Below, in pieces: positions 1 through 9,865 of a stretch of DNA of 64,000 bases (within the stretch, counting starts at the first letter, position 1; every line of letters begins with the position of its first letter). The position numbers and the translations under genes are program-made. Origin of the DNA: an uncultured Pseudomonadota bacterium (GTDB taxonomy: Bacteria; Myxococcota_A; Polyangia; Fen-1088); assembly GCA_963847705.1 (NCBI GenBank), contig CAWKBC010000030.1:224001-288000 (forward strand), given 5' to 3'. The notes beneath the pieces were generated by a model. That model saw nothing but the letters and a program-made list of their open reading frames with translations. It did not search any database and was not told where the DNA came from.

Positions 1-1
1 C

Positions 2-1423
2 GAGTTCGACGTCATCTCGATCCACCGCTATCCGTTCGAGGCGAAGATGGCGACGCTGCCCGCCGCCGAGAACGACGCCCGCACCAGCTTCCGTCAGGCG
101 ATGACGTCGGTGCAGGGGATCCTGCAGGCGACGGGGCAGGGGGCGAAGCCGCTCGCGCTCACCGAGATGAACGTCGCCTACGACAACACCGGCTGCGTCC
201 TCGAGGCGACGCCCGGGACGGTCGGTTCGGCGCTCTGGATGGCCGACGTCCTCGGCGCCGCCATCGAGCTCAACCTCTGGACCTCGGCGGTCTGGGACAT
301 CAGCGACGACGACGACTATTCGCTGGGGCTCATCGGCCTGCCGCCGGGGCACGTGCCCCGTCCCGAGTACTACGCCTATGCGCTCTACGCCAGCCACTTC
401 GGGCCGACCGTGCTGCCGGCGCCGACGGGGTTGCCGGCCGGCGTCTCCGCCTACGCCAGCCGCGATCAGGCCGACGACGCGACCGAGGTCATCGTGGTCA
501 ACTGGAACGAGACGCCGGTGGCGCTGAGCTTCCAGATCTCCGGGCTGGCCTCGGCGCCCGCAGCGCCGACCTATCTGGTGCCGGCGGTGGCGATGGCGGC
601 GGTCGAGGTCAAGGACAGCGGCAGCGCGACGGCTTGGCTCTACGGCGACGCCGAGCGGCGCGCGTCGGTCGGCCCGCAGGTCATCGCCGCGGGGACCGCG
701 CCCGCTGCGGGCGTCGACGGCGGCGCGGGGAGCGCCCCGGCGGGACGGACGGTCGGGACCAACTGCCCGACCACCACCGACGGCGGCGCGGTTTGCCCGG
801 CGTTCGCCGCCACCAGTCCGGTCATCACCAGCAATGGGATGAACCACACGACGGCGCCGCTCTTCACCTTCGGCTCCGGTCAGGACGCCTGGGGCTCGTA
901 CAGCTACGCGGCGACCGGGCAGACCGCGCCGGCGGCGATGGCCACCAGCGACGGGAACGGTATCCAGGTGAGCGGCGGCTTCGTCCCGCCGGTCACCTCG
1001 AGCAACAACTACATGGGGGTCGGGCTCTACTACGACAGCACCAGCTGCCTCGACGCCACGGCCTACACCGGGGTCCAGTTCGACTTCTCGGGGTCGCTGG
1101 GCGGCTGCGCCATCCAGCTCGGCGCGTCGTTCAGCGGTGACGCCTCCAGCCAGGGCAATCCCGGGCGGGGCACCTGCGCGGGGACCAGCTCCACCTGCTA
1201 CGGCTCCTCCTACGACGTGACGACCGCGGCGCTGGCGGCCACGCCGTCGTCGCCCACCATCCAGGTGCCGTTCACCGTCCTCGGCGGCGGGATGCCGATC
1301 TCGTCGATCGATCCGCACACGCTGCTGACCGTCCAGTGGCAGCTCTCGTCACCCGCCGGCGCGACCGACGGTGGCGCCTGCTCGGCCAATTTCACCGTCG
1401 AGAACGTGAGGTTCTACAAGTAA
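2..1423 (+). CDS. Clan GH-A glycoside hydrolase (GH44/GH79-like, 5'-truncated by window) with C-terminal carbohydrate-binding-like beta-sandwich
   Basis: Frame is open from base 2 (EFDVISIHRYPF). Has ALTEMN nucleophile-like motif, PRPEYYAY, a Pro/Gly linker and a Cys-containing CBM11-like domain ending ANFTVENVRFY. Confidence 0.6.
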   Translation, partial: EFDVISIHRYPFEAKMATLPAAENDARTSFRQAMTSVQGILQATGQGAKPLALTEMNVAYDNTGCVLEATPGTVGSALWMADVLGAAIELNLWTSAVWDISDDDDYSLGLIGLPPGHVPRPEYYAYALYASHFGPTVLPAPTGLPAGVSAYASRDQADDATEVIVVNWNETPVALSFQISGLASAPAAPTYLVPAVAMAAVEVKDSGSATAWLYGDAERRASVGPQVIAAGTAPAAGVDGGAGSAPAGRTVGTNCPTTTDGGAVCPAFAATSPVITSNGMNHTTAPLFTFGSGQDAWGSYSYAATGQTAPAAMATSDGNGIQVSGGFVPPVTSSNNYMGVGLYYDSTSCLDATAYTGVQFDFSGSLGGCAIQLGASFSGDASSQGNPGRGTCAGTSSTCYGSSYDVTTAALAATPSSPTIQVPFTVLGGGMPISSIDPHTLLTVQWQLSSPAGATDGGACSANFTVENVRFYK

Positions 1424-1557
1424 AGGACCCTCGGAGGGTGCTTTAGATCCCCCGCGGGCAAGCATCGCCGGGCCGAGCCCCTCGACGCTCACGCGACGAC
1501 CAAGGCGCCTTCGGGCGACAGGTGATCATTAGTCCCGGGACCGGGAATTCTGCTGGG

Positions 1558-3201
1558 ATGCCCCTTTCTCTCCGTCGTGGCTGCTGTCTGGTCGTTGGAT
1601 TTACCAGCGCGCTCGCGCTGTCGGGCTGCGGCTCGGGAGGCACCGGGGCCGGGACCGGCACCGGTGGAAACCCGGGCAGCGGCGGCGCGGCCGGGCGCGG
1701 CGGCACGGTGGGGACCGGCGGCACAGGCACGGGCGGCGGCGCGGGTGGCAGCACTGGTGGGTCGGCCGGCACGGGCGGCGGGCCCGGCACGGGCGGCGGC
1801 GCCGGAGGCTCGGGCGGTCAGGCGAGCGGCGGACCCACAGGCGGCGCGGGCGGAACGGGCACCGCCGGCGCGGGCGGCGGCGCCGCCGGCGGTCGCGGCG
1901 GCGGGTCGGGTGCCGCGGGCACGGCCGGAGCCTCCGGGACAAACGGGAGCGGCGGCGGCGGCGGGGCCACCTCGATCTGCGGCGGCGGGACCGCGGCGGG
2001 CACCGACGTCACCGTCCAGCTCGGTTCGTTCGCTCAAACGATGGACGGCTTCGGCGTCTCCAACACCTACCAGAGCACCGCGATCTCGGACGCGACGGCG
2101 GACCAGTTCTTCGATCAAACCAAGGGGATCGGCCTGTCGATCTTCCGTCTGGGCATCAAGTCCGACGGCACCAGCTGGGGACCCATCGGCGACGCCAAGA
2201 AGGCCGCCGATCGCGGCGCCATCGTCTGGGCGGCGCCCTGGACGCCCCCCTCCAACTGCAAGTCCAACAACAGCCCCGACAACGGCGGCACCCTCAACAC
2301 CAGCTGCTACGACTCCTGGTCGAGCACGCTGGCGGCCTTTCCAGCGCTGGCCAAGCAGAGCGGCGTGACCGTCATGGGGATCTCGGCGCAAAACGAGCCC
2401 GACAACTCGACGCGGTACGAATCGACCCTCTACAGCGGGGCGCAGATGGTGGCGTTCGTGAAGGTGCTCGGACCGAAGCTCAAGGCGCTGAACCCGCCGG
2501 TCAAGCTGCTGGCGCCCGAGTCGACGCGCTGGGAGCGCCTCTGGGGGGCCGATGAAGACTACGGCGACGCGATCCTCGCCGACCCGCAGGCCTCCGCCCA
2601 GGTCGACATCTTCGCGACGCACATGTACGAGACGCAGGACGCGGTGGCGCCCCCCGCGGGCTTCACGAAGCCGCTCTGGGTGACCGAGATGTCCGGAGTG
2701 CAGGGCTATCCGGAGGCCGGTCCCAGCTCGGACATCGCCGACGGTCTGGTCTGGGCCGACTGGATCTACCAGGCGTTCGTCGTCGGCAGCGCCAGCGCCT
2801 GGCACGCCTGGTGGATGACCTCGCTGAACAACGACAACGAGGGGCTCCTGCTCATGGGCGGCGGCACGACGAAGCGCCTCTACACCGTCGGGAACTACAG
2901 CAAGTTCATTCGGCCCGGCTACCGCCGCGTGACCCTCTCCGGCACGCCCCCGACCGGCGTGGAGCTGACGGCCTACCTGAACCCGACCGACGGAACGGTG
3001 GTCATCGTGGCCCTCAACAGCGGCGCGTCGGCGGTCTCGCTCCCGCTTTATCTCTCGGGGCGGGCGCCCTGCACGATGACGCCCTGGGTGACCTCGGCCA
3101 GCGACAACCTCGCCGCCAAGACGGCCGTCAGCGTCAGCGGCTCGCGCCTGGCGCCGATGCTCGCCGCGATGAGCGTGACGACGTTCGTCGGAAAACCGTA
3201 G
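1558..3201 (+). CDS. GH30 xylanase-like lipoprotein with Gly/Thr-rich linker
   Basis: Lipobox LSGC, GTGG-rich linker, QTMDGFG, QNEPD (acid/base), LWVTE (nucleophile), GNYSKFIRPGY. ATG 1558 preferred over GTG 1522. Confidence 0.85.
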   Translation: MPLSLRRGCCLVVGFTSALALSGCGSGGTGAGTGTGGNPGSGGAAGRGGTVGTGGTGTGGGAGGSTGGSAGTGGGPGTGGGAGGSGGQASGGPTGGAGGTGTAGAGGGAAGGRGGGSGAAGTAGASGTNGSGGGGGATSICGGGTAAGTDVTVQLGSFAQTMDGFGVSNTYQSTAISDATADQFFDQTKGIGLSIFRLGIKSDGTSWGPIGDAKKAADRGAIVWAAPWTPPSNCKSNNSPDNGGTLNTSCYDSWSSTLAAFPALAKQSGVTVMGISAQNEPDNSTRYESTLYSGAQMVAFVKVLGPKLKALNPPVKLLAPESTRWERLWGADEDYGDAILADPQASAQVDIFATHMYETQDAVAPPAGFTKPLWVTEMSGVQGYPEAGPSSDIADGLVWADWIYQAFVVGSASAWHAWWMTSLNNDNEGLLLMGGGTTKRLYTVGNYSKFIRPGYRRVTLSGTPPTGVELTAYLNPTDGTVVIVALNSGASAVSLPLYLSGRAPCTMTPWVTSASDNLAAKTAVSVSGSRLAPMLAAMSVTTFVGKP

Positions 3202-3212
3202 TCACCCACGCG

Positions 3213-3608
3213 TCATCCCAGGAGCGCTGGTGGGCGCGGCGGGATCGCCTCGGCCAGCGCCCGGTCGATCGTCGAGGTGAGCTTCTCCAGCGGGAACGGC
3301 TTGGTCAGGTAGTAGGGGGTGCCGAGCGCCTTGGCGATCTGGCAGAGGTCGGGCGCGCCGCTGGCGACGATGATGGGGACGTTCTCGCGCCCCAGATTCT
3401 CCACGAACATCCGGTAGACCATGGCGCAGCCGTCGAGGACCGGCATCTCCACGTCGGTCAGGACCAGCTGTGGGATGCGATCGTCGAGCGCCTGCAGACC
3501 CTCGACGCCGTTGCGGGCGGTGCGAACCTCGTGCCCTTCGATCTCGAGCAGGTCCGCCATCGTGTCGCGCATGTCGTCGTCGTCGTCGATGAGGATGATG
3601 CTTGCCAT
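3213..3608 (-). CDS. Single-domain response regulator (receiver only)
   Basis: ILIDDDD, LTDVEMP (phospho-Asp), VASG, LTKPF; no output domain. Confidence 0.9.
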   Translation of the reverse strand: MASIILIDDDDDMRDTMADLLEIEGHEVRTARNGVEGLQALDDRIPQLVLTDVEMPVLDGCAMVYRMFVENLGRENVPIIVASGAPDLCQIAKALGTPYYLTKPFPLEKLTSTIDRALAEAIPPRPPALLG

Positions 3609-3614
3609 GGCGAC

Positions 3615-5039
3615 CTACGGGGACGACCACTGCTCGCCGGAGGCGGAATGCACCGTCGCCGAGTGCGGCTCCGAATCGGCCTCGGCCTGGGTCAGCCCGC
3701 GGGGCAGCGTCGCCTGAAAGGTCGCACCCTGACCGTCGGAGGAGGTGACCTCGATTGAGCCGCCGTGGGCTTCGAGTATCCGCTTGGAGACGTAGAGGCC
3801 GAGCCCGATCCCCTCGACCTCTTCGTGCTCGCTCGGGCCGCGGACAAACGGGCGGAAGATCTGGTTCTGGAGCGCCGAGGAGATGCCCTGCCCCTCGTCG
3901 CTGACGGCGATGGACAGCCAGTCGTCCTCACCGATGACGGTGACGCGCACCAGGCTCCCGTGCGGCGAGTACTTGACGGCGTTGCCGACCAGATTGTTGA
4001 GCACCTGCTCGAGTCGCGTCGCGTCGGCCCGAAGGGTGGTCGACCCGGCGCAGGAGAGCTCGAGGCGATGGTAGGGGGACATCGATTGAAACAGCGCCAC
4101 CGCCTCCTCCGCCAGCTGCCGGAGATCGCAGACCGTCTTGCGAAGGACGATCTGGCCGGCGTCGATCTGAACCGCGTTGAGCACGTCGCCGACCAGCGAG
4201 TTGAGGCGGCGGAGCTGGCGGCCGATCATCTCGAAGATCTCGCGGATCCGCCCCTCGGCCGGCAGCGGGCGCTTGGGCGTCACGTACCCGACCGCCAGCT
4301 GCACGGCGGCCAGCGGGTTGCGCAGGTCGTGGACCACGGTCGCGACGTAGCGGAGCTGGTCCTCGCGGGTCCGCGCCAGCGCGTCGGCCATGGTGTTCTG
4401 CGCGATGGCGATGCGGCGGATCTCCTCGGCCCCCACCACCTCGGCCCGGGCGGTGGTGTCACCGGCGGCGAATCGATCGACGCTTCTCGACAGCAGCTTG
4501 ACGGGACGGAACACGAACTGATTGATGGTCCAGAGGAAAAACAGCACGCCCGCCGCGAGCAGCACCGCGATCGCGACGCCCAGGATGTTCGCCGTCATGT
4601 CGATCGTGCCGGCGCGACGGCTCTCGGCGTCGGCCTTGGCCGCGAACAGCTCGTCCAGACGGACGAGCGCGCTCACCAGCTCCGGGTGGAGGCTCACGTC
4701 TCCCTTCGCCCCCGAGCGCCAGTGCCTTTCCAGCTGCGGGGCGAGGTTGTCGAGCGCCTGTCGCTCGTCCGATGAGCGGGTCATCGCGGTCGCGCGGGCC
4801 AGGAGCACCCGCCCCTGCGCCTCCGAAAGGGCGCGGCCGAGGGGCGAGCTCTCGAGCTCATAGCGGATCGACTGGTGGGCCAGGTTCGAGGCGAGCCGGG
4901 AGACCTGGTGCGCGCGGTCGAGCTCGTTCACCGTTCGCCGCAAGAGCGTCGTGGAGAGCACCAGGGCGACGCAAGCGGTGAGCGTGATCAGGCCAAGCCC
5001 GACCGCGGTCCAGGTCAGAGTCCGGCGAAGCTGCATCAT
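3615..5039 (-). CDS. Membrane HAMP-domain sensor histidine kinase
   Basis: Two TM segments, HAMP, H-box VVHDLRNPL, N-box NLVGNAVKY, DEGQG, GIGLGL. Confidence 0.93.
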   Translation of the reverse strand: MMQLRRTLTWTAVGLGLITLTACVALVLSTTLLRRTVNELDRAHQVSRLASNLAHQSIRYELESSPLGRALSEAQGRVLLARATAMTRSSDERQALDNLAPQLERHWRSGAKGDVSLHPELVSALVRLDELFAAKADAESRRAGTIDMTANILGVAIAVLLAAGVLFFLWTINQFVFRPVKLLSRSVDRFAAGDTTARAEVVGAEEIRRIAIAQNTMADALARTREDQLRYVATVVHDLRNPLAAVQLAVGYVTPKRPLPAEGRIREIFEMIGRQLRRLNSLVGDVLNAVQIDAGQIVLRKTVCDLRQLAEEAVALFQSMSPYHRLELSCAGSTTLRADATRLEQVLNNLVGNAVKYSPHGSLVRVTVIGEDDWLSIAVSDEGQGISSALQNQIFRPFVRGPSEHEEVEGIGLGLYVSKRILEAHGGSIEVTSSDGQGATFQATLPRGLTQAEADSEPHSATVHSASGEQWSSP

Positions 5040-5100
5040 TCCTAGATGGCGACCGGAACCCGCTGCGGCAAGCGCGAATCGCCCAGGCCCAGGCCCAGGC

Positions 5101-7461
5101 TCAGGCCGGTCCGGGGGCGGGCGCGTCCAAGCCGCCGGTTTCCAGGTGATCGCGGTGAGGCGTCATCGGCAACGTGAAGTGAAAGCTGGTCGATTCGCCC
5201 GGCACGCTCTCCGCCCAGATGCGGCCGCCGTGCGCCTCGACCAGGCCGCGGGCGATGTAGAGGCCGAGGCCGATCCCCGGCGTGCGGTGGGCGCGCGCTC
5301 CGCGCGTTCGACCGAAGCGGCTGAACAGCTGGGGCATCTCCTCGGGCGGGATGCCGGCCCCCTGGTTGGTGACCACCACCTCCAGGCGCTCGCCCCGGTC
5401 GAGCCATTCGATCTGGATCTCGGCGTCCGGCCGCCCGTATTTGACGGCGTTCGAGAGCAGGTTGTCGAGCACCTGGTGAACCCGGTCGGGATCGACCGAG
5501 ACGCGCAGGTCCGGGTCACCCTCCAGGCGAATCGCGTTGGTTCCGCGCTGGCTCTCGACGACCGCATCGATGATCGCGCCGAAGTCGACGTCGCGCGGTC
5601 GAACCGACAACCGCTTGGCCTCGATGCGTGAGAAGTCGAGCAGATCCTCGATCATCCGGGCCAGCCGCTTCGAGGCGGAACCGATCCGTTCGATGGCCCG
5701 CCGTTCCTGGCTGGAGAGCCCGTCGCTGCGCGGTCCCAGCAATGACTCGGCGGTCAGGCTGATCGCTCCGACGGGCTGGCGCAGATCGTGCGCGATGACG
5801 GAGGCCCACTCTTCGCGCAGGCGGTCGAGCTCCTTGAGCGCGGTGATGTCCCGAACGACCGCCACCGCGCCCGTGATCCGCCCGGCGCCGTCCCGGACCG
5901 GCGCGGCGCTGGCCAGGATGGGAACCAATCGCCCATCCTTGAACCGGACCTGGAGCTCCTGGTCGGTGGTGATCTCGCCGTCGGTGAGCGCCAGGACCAC
6001 GGGAAATTCGTCGGATGAAAGCAGTCCTCCGTCGGGCTTGCGGACCTCGAACATGGCGGCCAGCCCGTCGGCATCGACGGCGTTGGCGTTGGTGGGCGAC
6101 AGCGAGAGCACAGCCCGATTCATCGCTTCGATCCCGCCGTGCTCGTTCAGCAGGATGACGCCTTCGGGCATCTGGTCGATGATGCTCATCAGCCAGGCGC
6201 GCCGGGCCGCCTCGTCGGTGTAGCGGCGGTGATCGGCTTCGAGCGCACGCTCCAGCTCCGTCTGGTTGTGCCGGCGCTCGGTGATATCCCTGACGAAGGC
6301 GAGCCAGCGGCCGTCGGGGAGAATCTTCATGCTCAGCTCGACGGCGATCCGGACCCCGTCCCCGCGCTGGATCGTCCACTCGGAGACCTGGGTTTGGCCG
6401 GCCCGCAGAGCCTGCCGCGCCCGGGAGAGCCGCTCGAGCTCCTCGGGCGCGACGAAGCTCTGGACCAGTCGCCCCACAATCCGCTCGCGTGGGAGGCACA
6501 GCAGGCGACAGGCCGCTCCATTGACGTCGGTGTAGCGGCCGTCGACGTCGGCGATCATGATCCCCTCGGCGGCCTGCTCGAACATCTCGCGGGCGTGCGC
6601 CTCGCTGGCGCGCAGTCTCTCCTCGGCGCGCCCGCGCTCCCGGTCGTCCAGGTCGAGGCGGGCGCAGGTGAGGAAAATGACGGCCACCCCTTCGACCAGG
6701 GCAAAAAATGCCAGGAGCGCAGAGACGCCTCCCTCGTCATAGAAGCCGATGCGCTCGCCGAGGACGATCAAGAAGGCCACCGGCAAGAACGCGAGCAGGC
6801 CAAGCAGCAGGCGCCGCGCGGTGATCCCGCCTGCGTGCCTCGAGGTGAGCAGCGCCATCGGGCCGACGTCGGGGCGCGCGGCCAGAATTCCCGCGCTCAG
6901 GATCAGGATGCCGGTCGCGGTCAAGATCGCCAGGCCGTTCGACGGTTGACGGGGGGCCCGGTAGAGCTCGGGGATGTCGAACGCGAAGCCCAGGAGGCTG
7001 ACCGTGGGGATCGATCCGGCGACCAGCGCCAGGACCTGAGCCTGGCTGGCGTGGCCATTGGCTCTCCGTTCGAGGACCAGCAGCGCGACGGCGGCCAGCA
7101 GCGCCGAGGTGGCGACCTGGGGGGAGGCGCGCCCACCGAACCGACCGGCCGGCAGCGGACCGCCCTGGACCGAGACGTACGCGAGCATCGTCGCTCCGGC
7201 CAGGACCAGGGCCGACATCGCGCAGAGCCGCGCCGCCCAGATCGCCCAGCGGGGAGGGGCCAGGGGTGCGGAGAGAACGAGCGAGGCGCCGCAGAGCACC
7301 AGGAGCCACCCCGGAAGGGGCGTCGATACCTCGACGTCCCGCCAACAGGCGCCGAGGGTCGCGAGGCCGATGAGCACCACCAGCGCGCCCGCAACCGGGG
7401 CCGCGTCGCGGACGGCGGCGCGGACCTCGGTCGCGTCGGGGCGTGAGCGCGGAGGGCGCAT
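5101..7461 (-). CDS. Multi-TM, double-PAS sensor histidine kinase
   Basis: Hydrophobic N-terminus, two PAS-like repeats (FVRDITE, VVRDITA), H-box IAHDLRQP, NLLSNAVKY, GIGLGL. Start ATG 7461 or 7521. Confidence 0.92.
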   Translation of the reverse strand: MRPPRSRPDATEVRAAVRDAAPVAGALVVLIGLATLGACWRDVEVSTPLPGWLLVLCGASLVLSAPLAPPRWAIWAARLCAMSALVLAGATMLAYVSVQGGPLPAGRFGGRASPQVATSALLAAVALLVLERRANGHASQAQVLALVAGSIPTVSLLGFAFDIPELYRAPRQPSNGLAILTATGILILSAGILAARPDVGPMALLTSRHAGGITARRLLLGLLAFLPVAFLIVLGERIGFYDEGGVSALLAFFALVEGVAVIFLTCARLDLDDRERGRAEERLRASEAHAREMFEQAAEGIMIADVDGRYTDVNGAACRLLCLPRERIVGRLVQSFVAPEELERLSRARQALRAGQTQVSEWTIQRGDGVRIAVELSMKILPDGRWLAFVRDITERRHNQTELERALEADHRRYTDEAARRAWLMSIIDQMPEGVILLNEHGGIEAMNRAVLSLSPTNANAVDADGLAAMFEVRKPDGGLLSSDEFPVVLALTDGEITTDQELQVRFKDGRLVPILASAAPVRDGAGRITGAVAVVRDITALKELDRLREEWASVIAHDLRQPVGAISLTAESLLGPRSDGLSSQERRAIERIGSASKRLARMIEDLLDFSRIEAKRLSVRPRDVDFGAIIDAVVESQRGTNAIRLEGDPDLRVSVDPDRVHQVLDNLLSNAVKYGRPDAEIQIEWLDRGERLEVVVTNQGAGIPPEEMPQLFSRFGRTRGARAHRTPGIGLGLYIARGLVEAHGGRIWAESVPGESTSFHFTLPMTPHRDHLETGGLDAPAPGPA

Positions 7462-7551
7462 CGGTCGTGGAATAAGGCCCGGAGTCCGCTTCCGCCAGAG
7501 CAGTGCGTCGACGGAGAGCATTTTGCGGTCAACGGCCTGCCCGATCCCCCG

Positions 7552-8745
7552 TCAGGACCCGTAGATCGACTTGCGATGCAGCGGCCGCGACACGGCGGTC
7601 GCCGTGGCGGTGGCGATGAAGAGCGGCAGCACGATCGCGTAGTCGCCGGAGAGCTCGAAGCCGAGGACGCTGGCCATGATCGGCGCGCGCGTCGTCGCGG
7701 CGATCGCGCCGGCCATCCCGCACAGGACGTAGCCGCCGGGAAATCCGGACCGGTGCCAGACCACGCCCGCGGCCGCGCCGACGATGCCCCCCATCGCGGC
7801 TCCCAGAAACAGCGACGGGGTGAAGACGCCGCCCGGGCTGCCCGACGAGACGGTGGCGGTCGTTCCCAGGGCCTTCACCAGCAGCAGGAGCGCCATCAGC
7901 GCCAGGCCGACGCGCGCGTCGAGCATGAGCTGGATCGTCTCGTAGCCGTTGCCCGTCACCTCCGGGAAGCGAAGCGCGCAAAGACCGACCAGCAGACCGC
8001 CGAGCGCGCCGCGTGCGGCGGGGGGCGCGGTGAGCCGGGCGAACCAGCGGCGTCCGACGTCGAGCAGCGCCATGAACCCGGCGCCCCCGATCCCCGTGAC
8101 GATCCCGAGGACGGCGTACCCCACGAGCTCGCTGCGGGCCTCGAGGGTGAACGTTCGCAGCCCGTAGAGGGGCCCCGCGCCCAGCGCCCAGCGGGTGAGG
8201 AGCGTGGCGATCGTCGTCGACGTCAGCGCCGGCAGCGTGAGCCCGAGCGCCGGCGTCTCGGCGACGATCTCGACCACGAACAGCACGGCGGCGATCGGTG
8301 TGTTGTAGGCGGCGGCGAACCCGGCCGCGGTGCCGGCGGCGATGAGGGTCCGGGTGCGGCGCGGATCGAGGCGCGCGCGCCGGCCCACCGCCGAGGCGAT
8401 CGCCGCCCCGAAATGCACCAGAGGGCCTTCGCGGCCCAGCGAGCCTCCGGTCGAGATGGCGGCGAACGAAGCGCCGGCCTTCACCACCGCTCCAGGCACC
8501 GAGATCCGGCGCCCGGCCACGGCGACCGCTTCCATGATCTCGGTCATGCTGCGCCCGCCGCCGCCCCAGGCCGCCACGGTCGCCGCCACCGCGCCGCCCG
8601 CCGCGGGGAGCAACAGGCGCAGCGCCGGCGGCAGCGCCCCGAACGCCCGCAGGACATCGGGCGCGCGGTAGAGATGCACGAAGACCGCCGTCTGGGCGGC
8701 GCGAAAACTGATGGCGAACCCGCTCGCCAGCACGCCGACGATCAC
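7552..8745 (-). CDS. ClC-family chloride channel/antiporter (ClcB-like, no CBS domains)
   Basis: GSLGREGP, AAAYNTPIA, GSPGGVFTPSL, C-terminal SIYG. Start uncertain: first in-frame GTG is 8745, and the long upstream extension of the ORF overlaps the next gene. Confidence 0.85.
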   Translation of the reverse strand: MIVGVLASGFAISFRAAQTAVFVHLYRAPDVLRAFGALPPALRLLLPAAGGAVAATVAAWGGGGRSMTEIMEAVAVAGRRISVPGAVVKAGASFAAISTGGSLGREGPLVHFGAAIASAVGRRARLDPRRTRTLIAAGTAAGFAAAYNTPIAAVLFVVEIVAETPALGLTLPALTSTTIATLLTRWALGAGPLYGLRTFTLEARSELVGYAVLGIVTGIGGAGFMALLDVGRRWFARLTAPPAARGALGGLLVGLCALRFPEVTGNGYETIQLMLDARVGLALMALLLLVKALGTTATVSSGSPGGVFTPSLFLGAAMGGIVGAAAGVVWHRSGFPGGYVLCGMAGAIAATTRAPIMASVLGFELSGDYAIVLPLFIATATATAVSRPLHRKSIYGS

Positions 8746-8891
8746 CGCCGCCGCCCCGACGTGGAGCGGAACCCGCAGGGAACGGAGAACGGCTCGGAGC
8801 TGCGCGCGCGTGTCCGGAATCTGCGCTCCCTGGGCGCACCGGTCAATCCATGGGCGCGGTTTTTGCGCTTCGCGGGGCTGCTTTCGCCCTG

Positions 8892-9779
8892 TCAGCGGGC
8901 GGCGACGCTCTTGCTGCCCCAGCTGGCCAGCGCTTTGCGGATATCCGCCTCGGGGAACAGCGGATCGCCCGCCTTCAGTCCCAGCTCCAGCGCATGCTCG
9001 GCGCTGGTGCCGGCGTCCTTGTAGTTGGCCTTCGCCGCCAGCAGCAGCGCCTTGATCCAGACGTTGTACCAGTCGTCCTTCAACGCCAGCGACTGGTCGA
9101 CGTAGCGCAGGCCGAGATCGTAGTTCTTCTTGGTCTCCAGCATGTAGCGGGCGGCGTTGGCGTAGGCGCGCCAGGTGTTGTCGAGCGAGCTGATGTTGGT
9201 CAACACCTCCTCGGTGGTGTTGACGCGGATGGGGACGGAGACCTTCAGGTTGTCCCAGGCGATCTCCAGCGTCGCGCCGTCGTCGCTGAAGTCGGGGATG
9301 GCGAACGCCAGCCGCTCCCGGTGCGGTGCCGGCTTGGGGTGAACCTCGACGCGCGCGACGTCGAGCTCGCTGCGGTAGTCGTGCCCGCTGCCCAGCTGGT
9401 CGGCGTTCTTGTTGAGGATCAGCGTCCAGCTGGCCTTGCCCGGGATGGCAAACAGGGCGTAGCTGCCAGCAGGGACCTTGGCGTCGCCGAAGCTGACGTC
9501 GCGGCTGAAACGAATCTTCGTGGCCTGGTAGGCGCCCAGCGACCAGAGCTTGTCGAAGGGGACGAGCGCGCCCCAGATTCTGCGCCCGGCGACCGCCGGG
9601 CTGCCGTATTCGACGGCAATCTCGGTCAGGCCGACCTGCTGGGAGAGCTTGCCGACCGGGCTCTCGCGCGGCAGCTCGAGATTTGCGACGGCGAGCCCGC
9701 TGGCGGCCCGCACCTCTGCGGGAGCCAGAGCAAGCGCGACGATCGCCGCTGACAGGGCGAGGGCGGGTGCGGTGCGCAT
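8892..9779 (-). CDS. DUF2911-family secreted protein with C-terminal TPR-like helices
   Basis: Signal peptide, LPRESP..QQVGLTEIAVEYGSP..GRRIWGALVPFDKLWSLGA, VPAGSYALFAIP. Confidence 0.85.
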   Translation of the reverse strand: MRTAPALALSAAIVALALAPAEVRAASGLAVANLELPRESPVGKLSQQVGLTEIAVEYGSPAVAGRRIWGALVPFDKLWSLGAYQATKIRFSRDVSFGDAKVPAGSYALFAIPGKASWTLILNKNADQLGSGHDYRSELDVARVEVHPKPAPHRERLAFAIPDFSDDGATLEIAWDNLKVSVPIRVNTTEEVLTNISSLDNTWRAYANAARYMLETKKNYDLGLRYVDQSLALKDDWYNVWIKALLLAAKANYKDAGTSAEHALELGLKAGDPLFPEADIRKALASWGSKSVAAR

Positions 9780-9865
9780 GACGGGCGAGCCTACGGCCCA
9801 CCCGGGTGAGCGACACGTTTCAGTTGCGTGACGAACTGATGACAGCGGCAAAACCCGCTGCGAAT

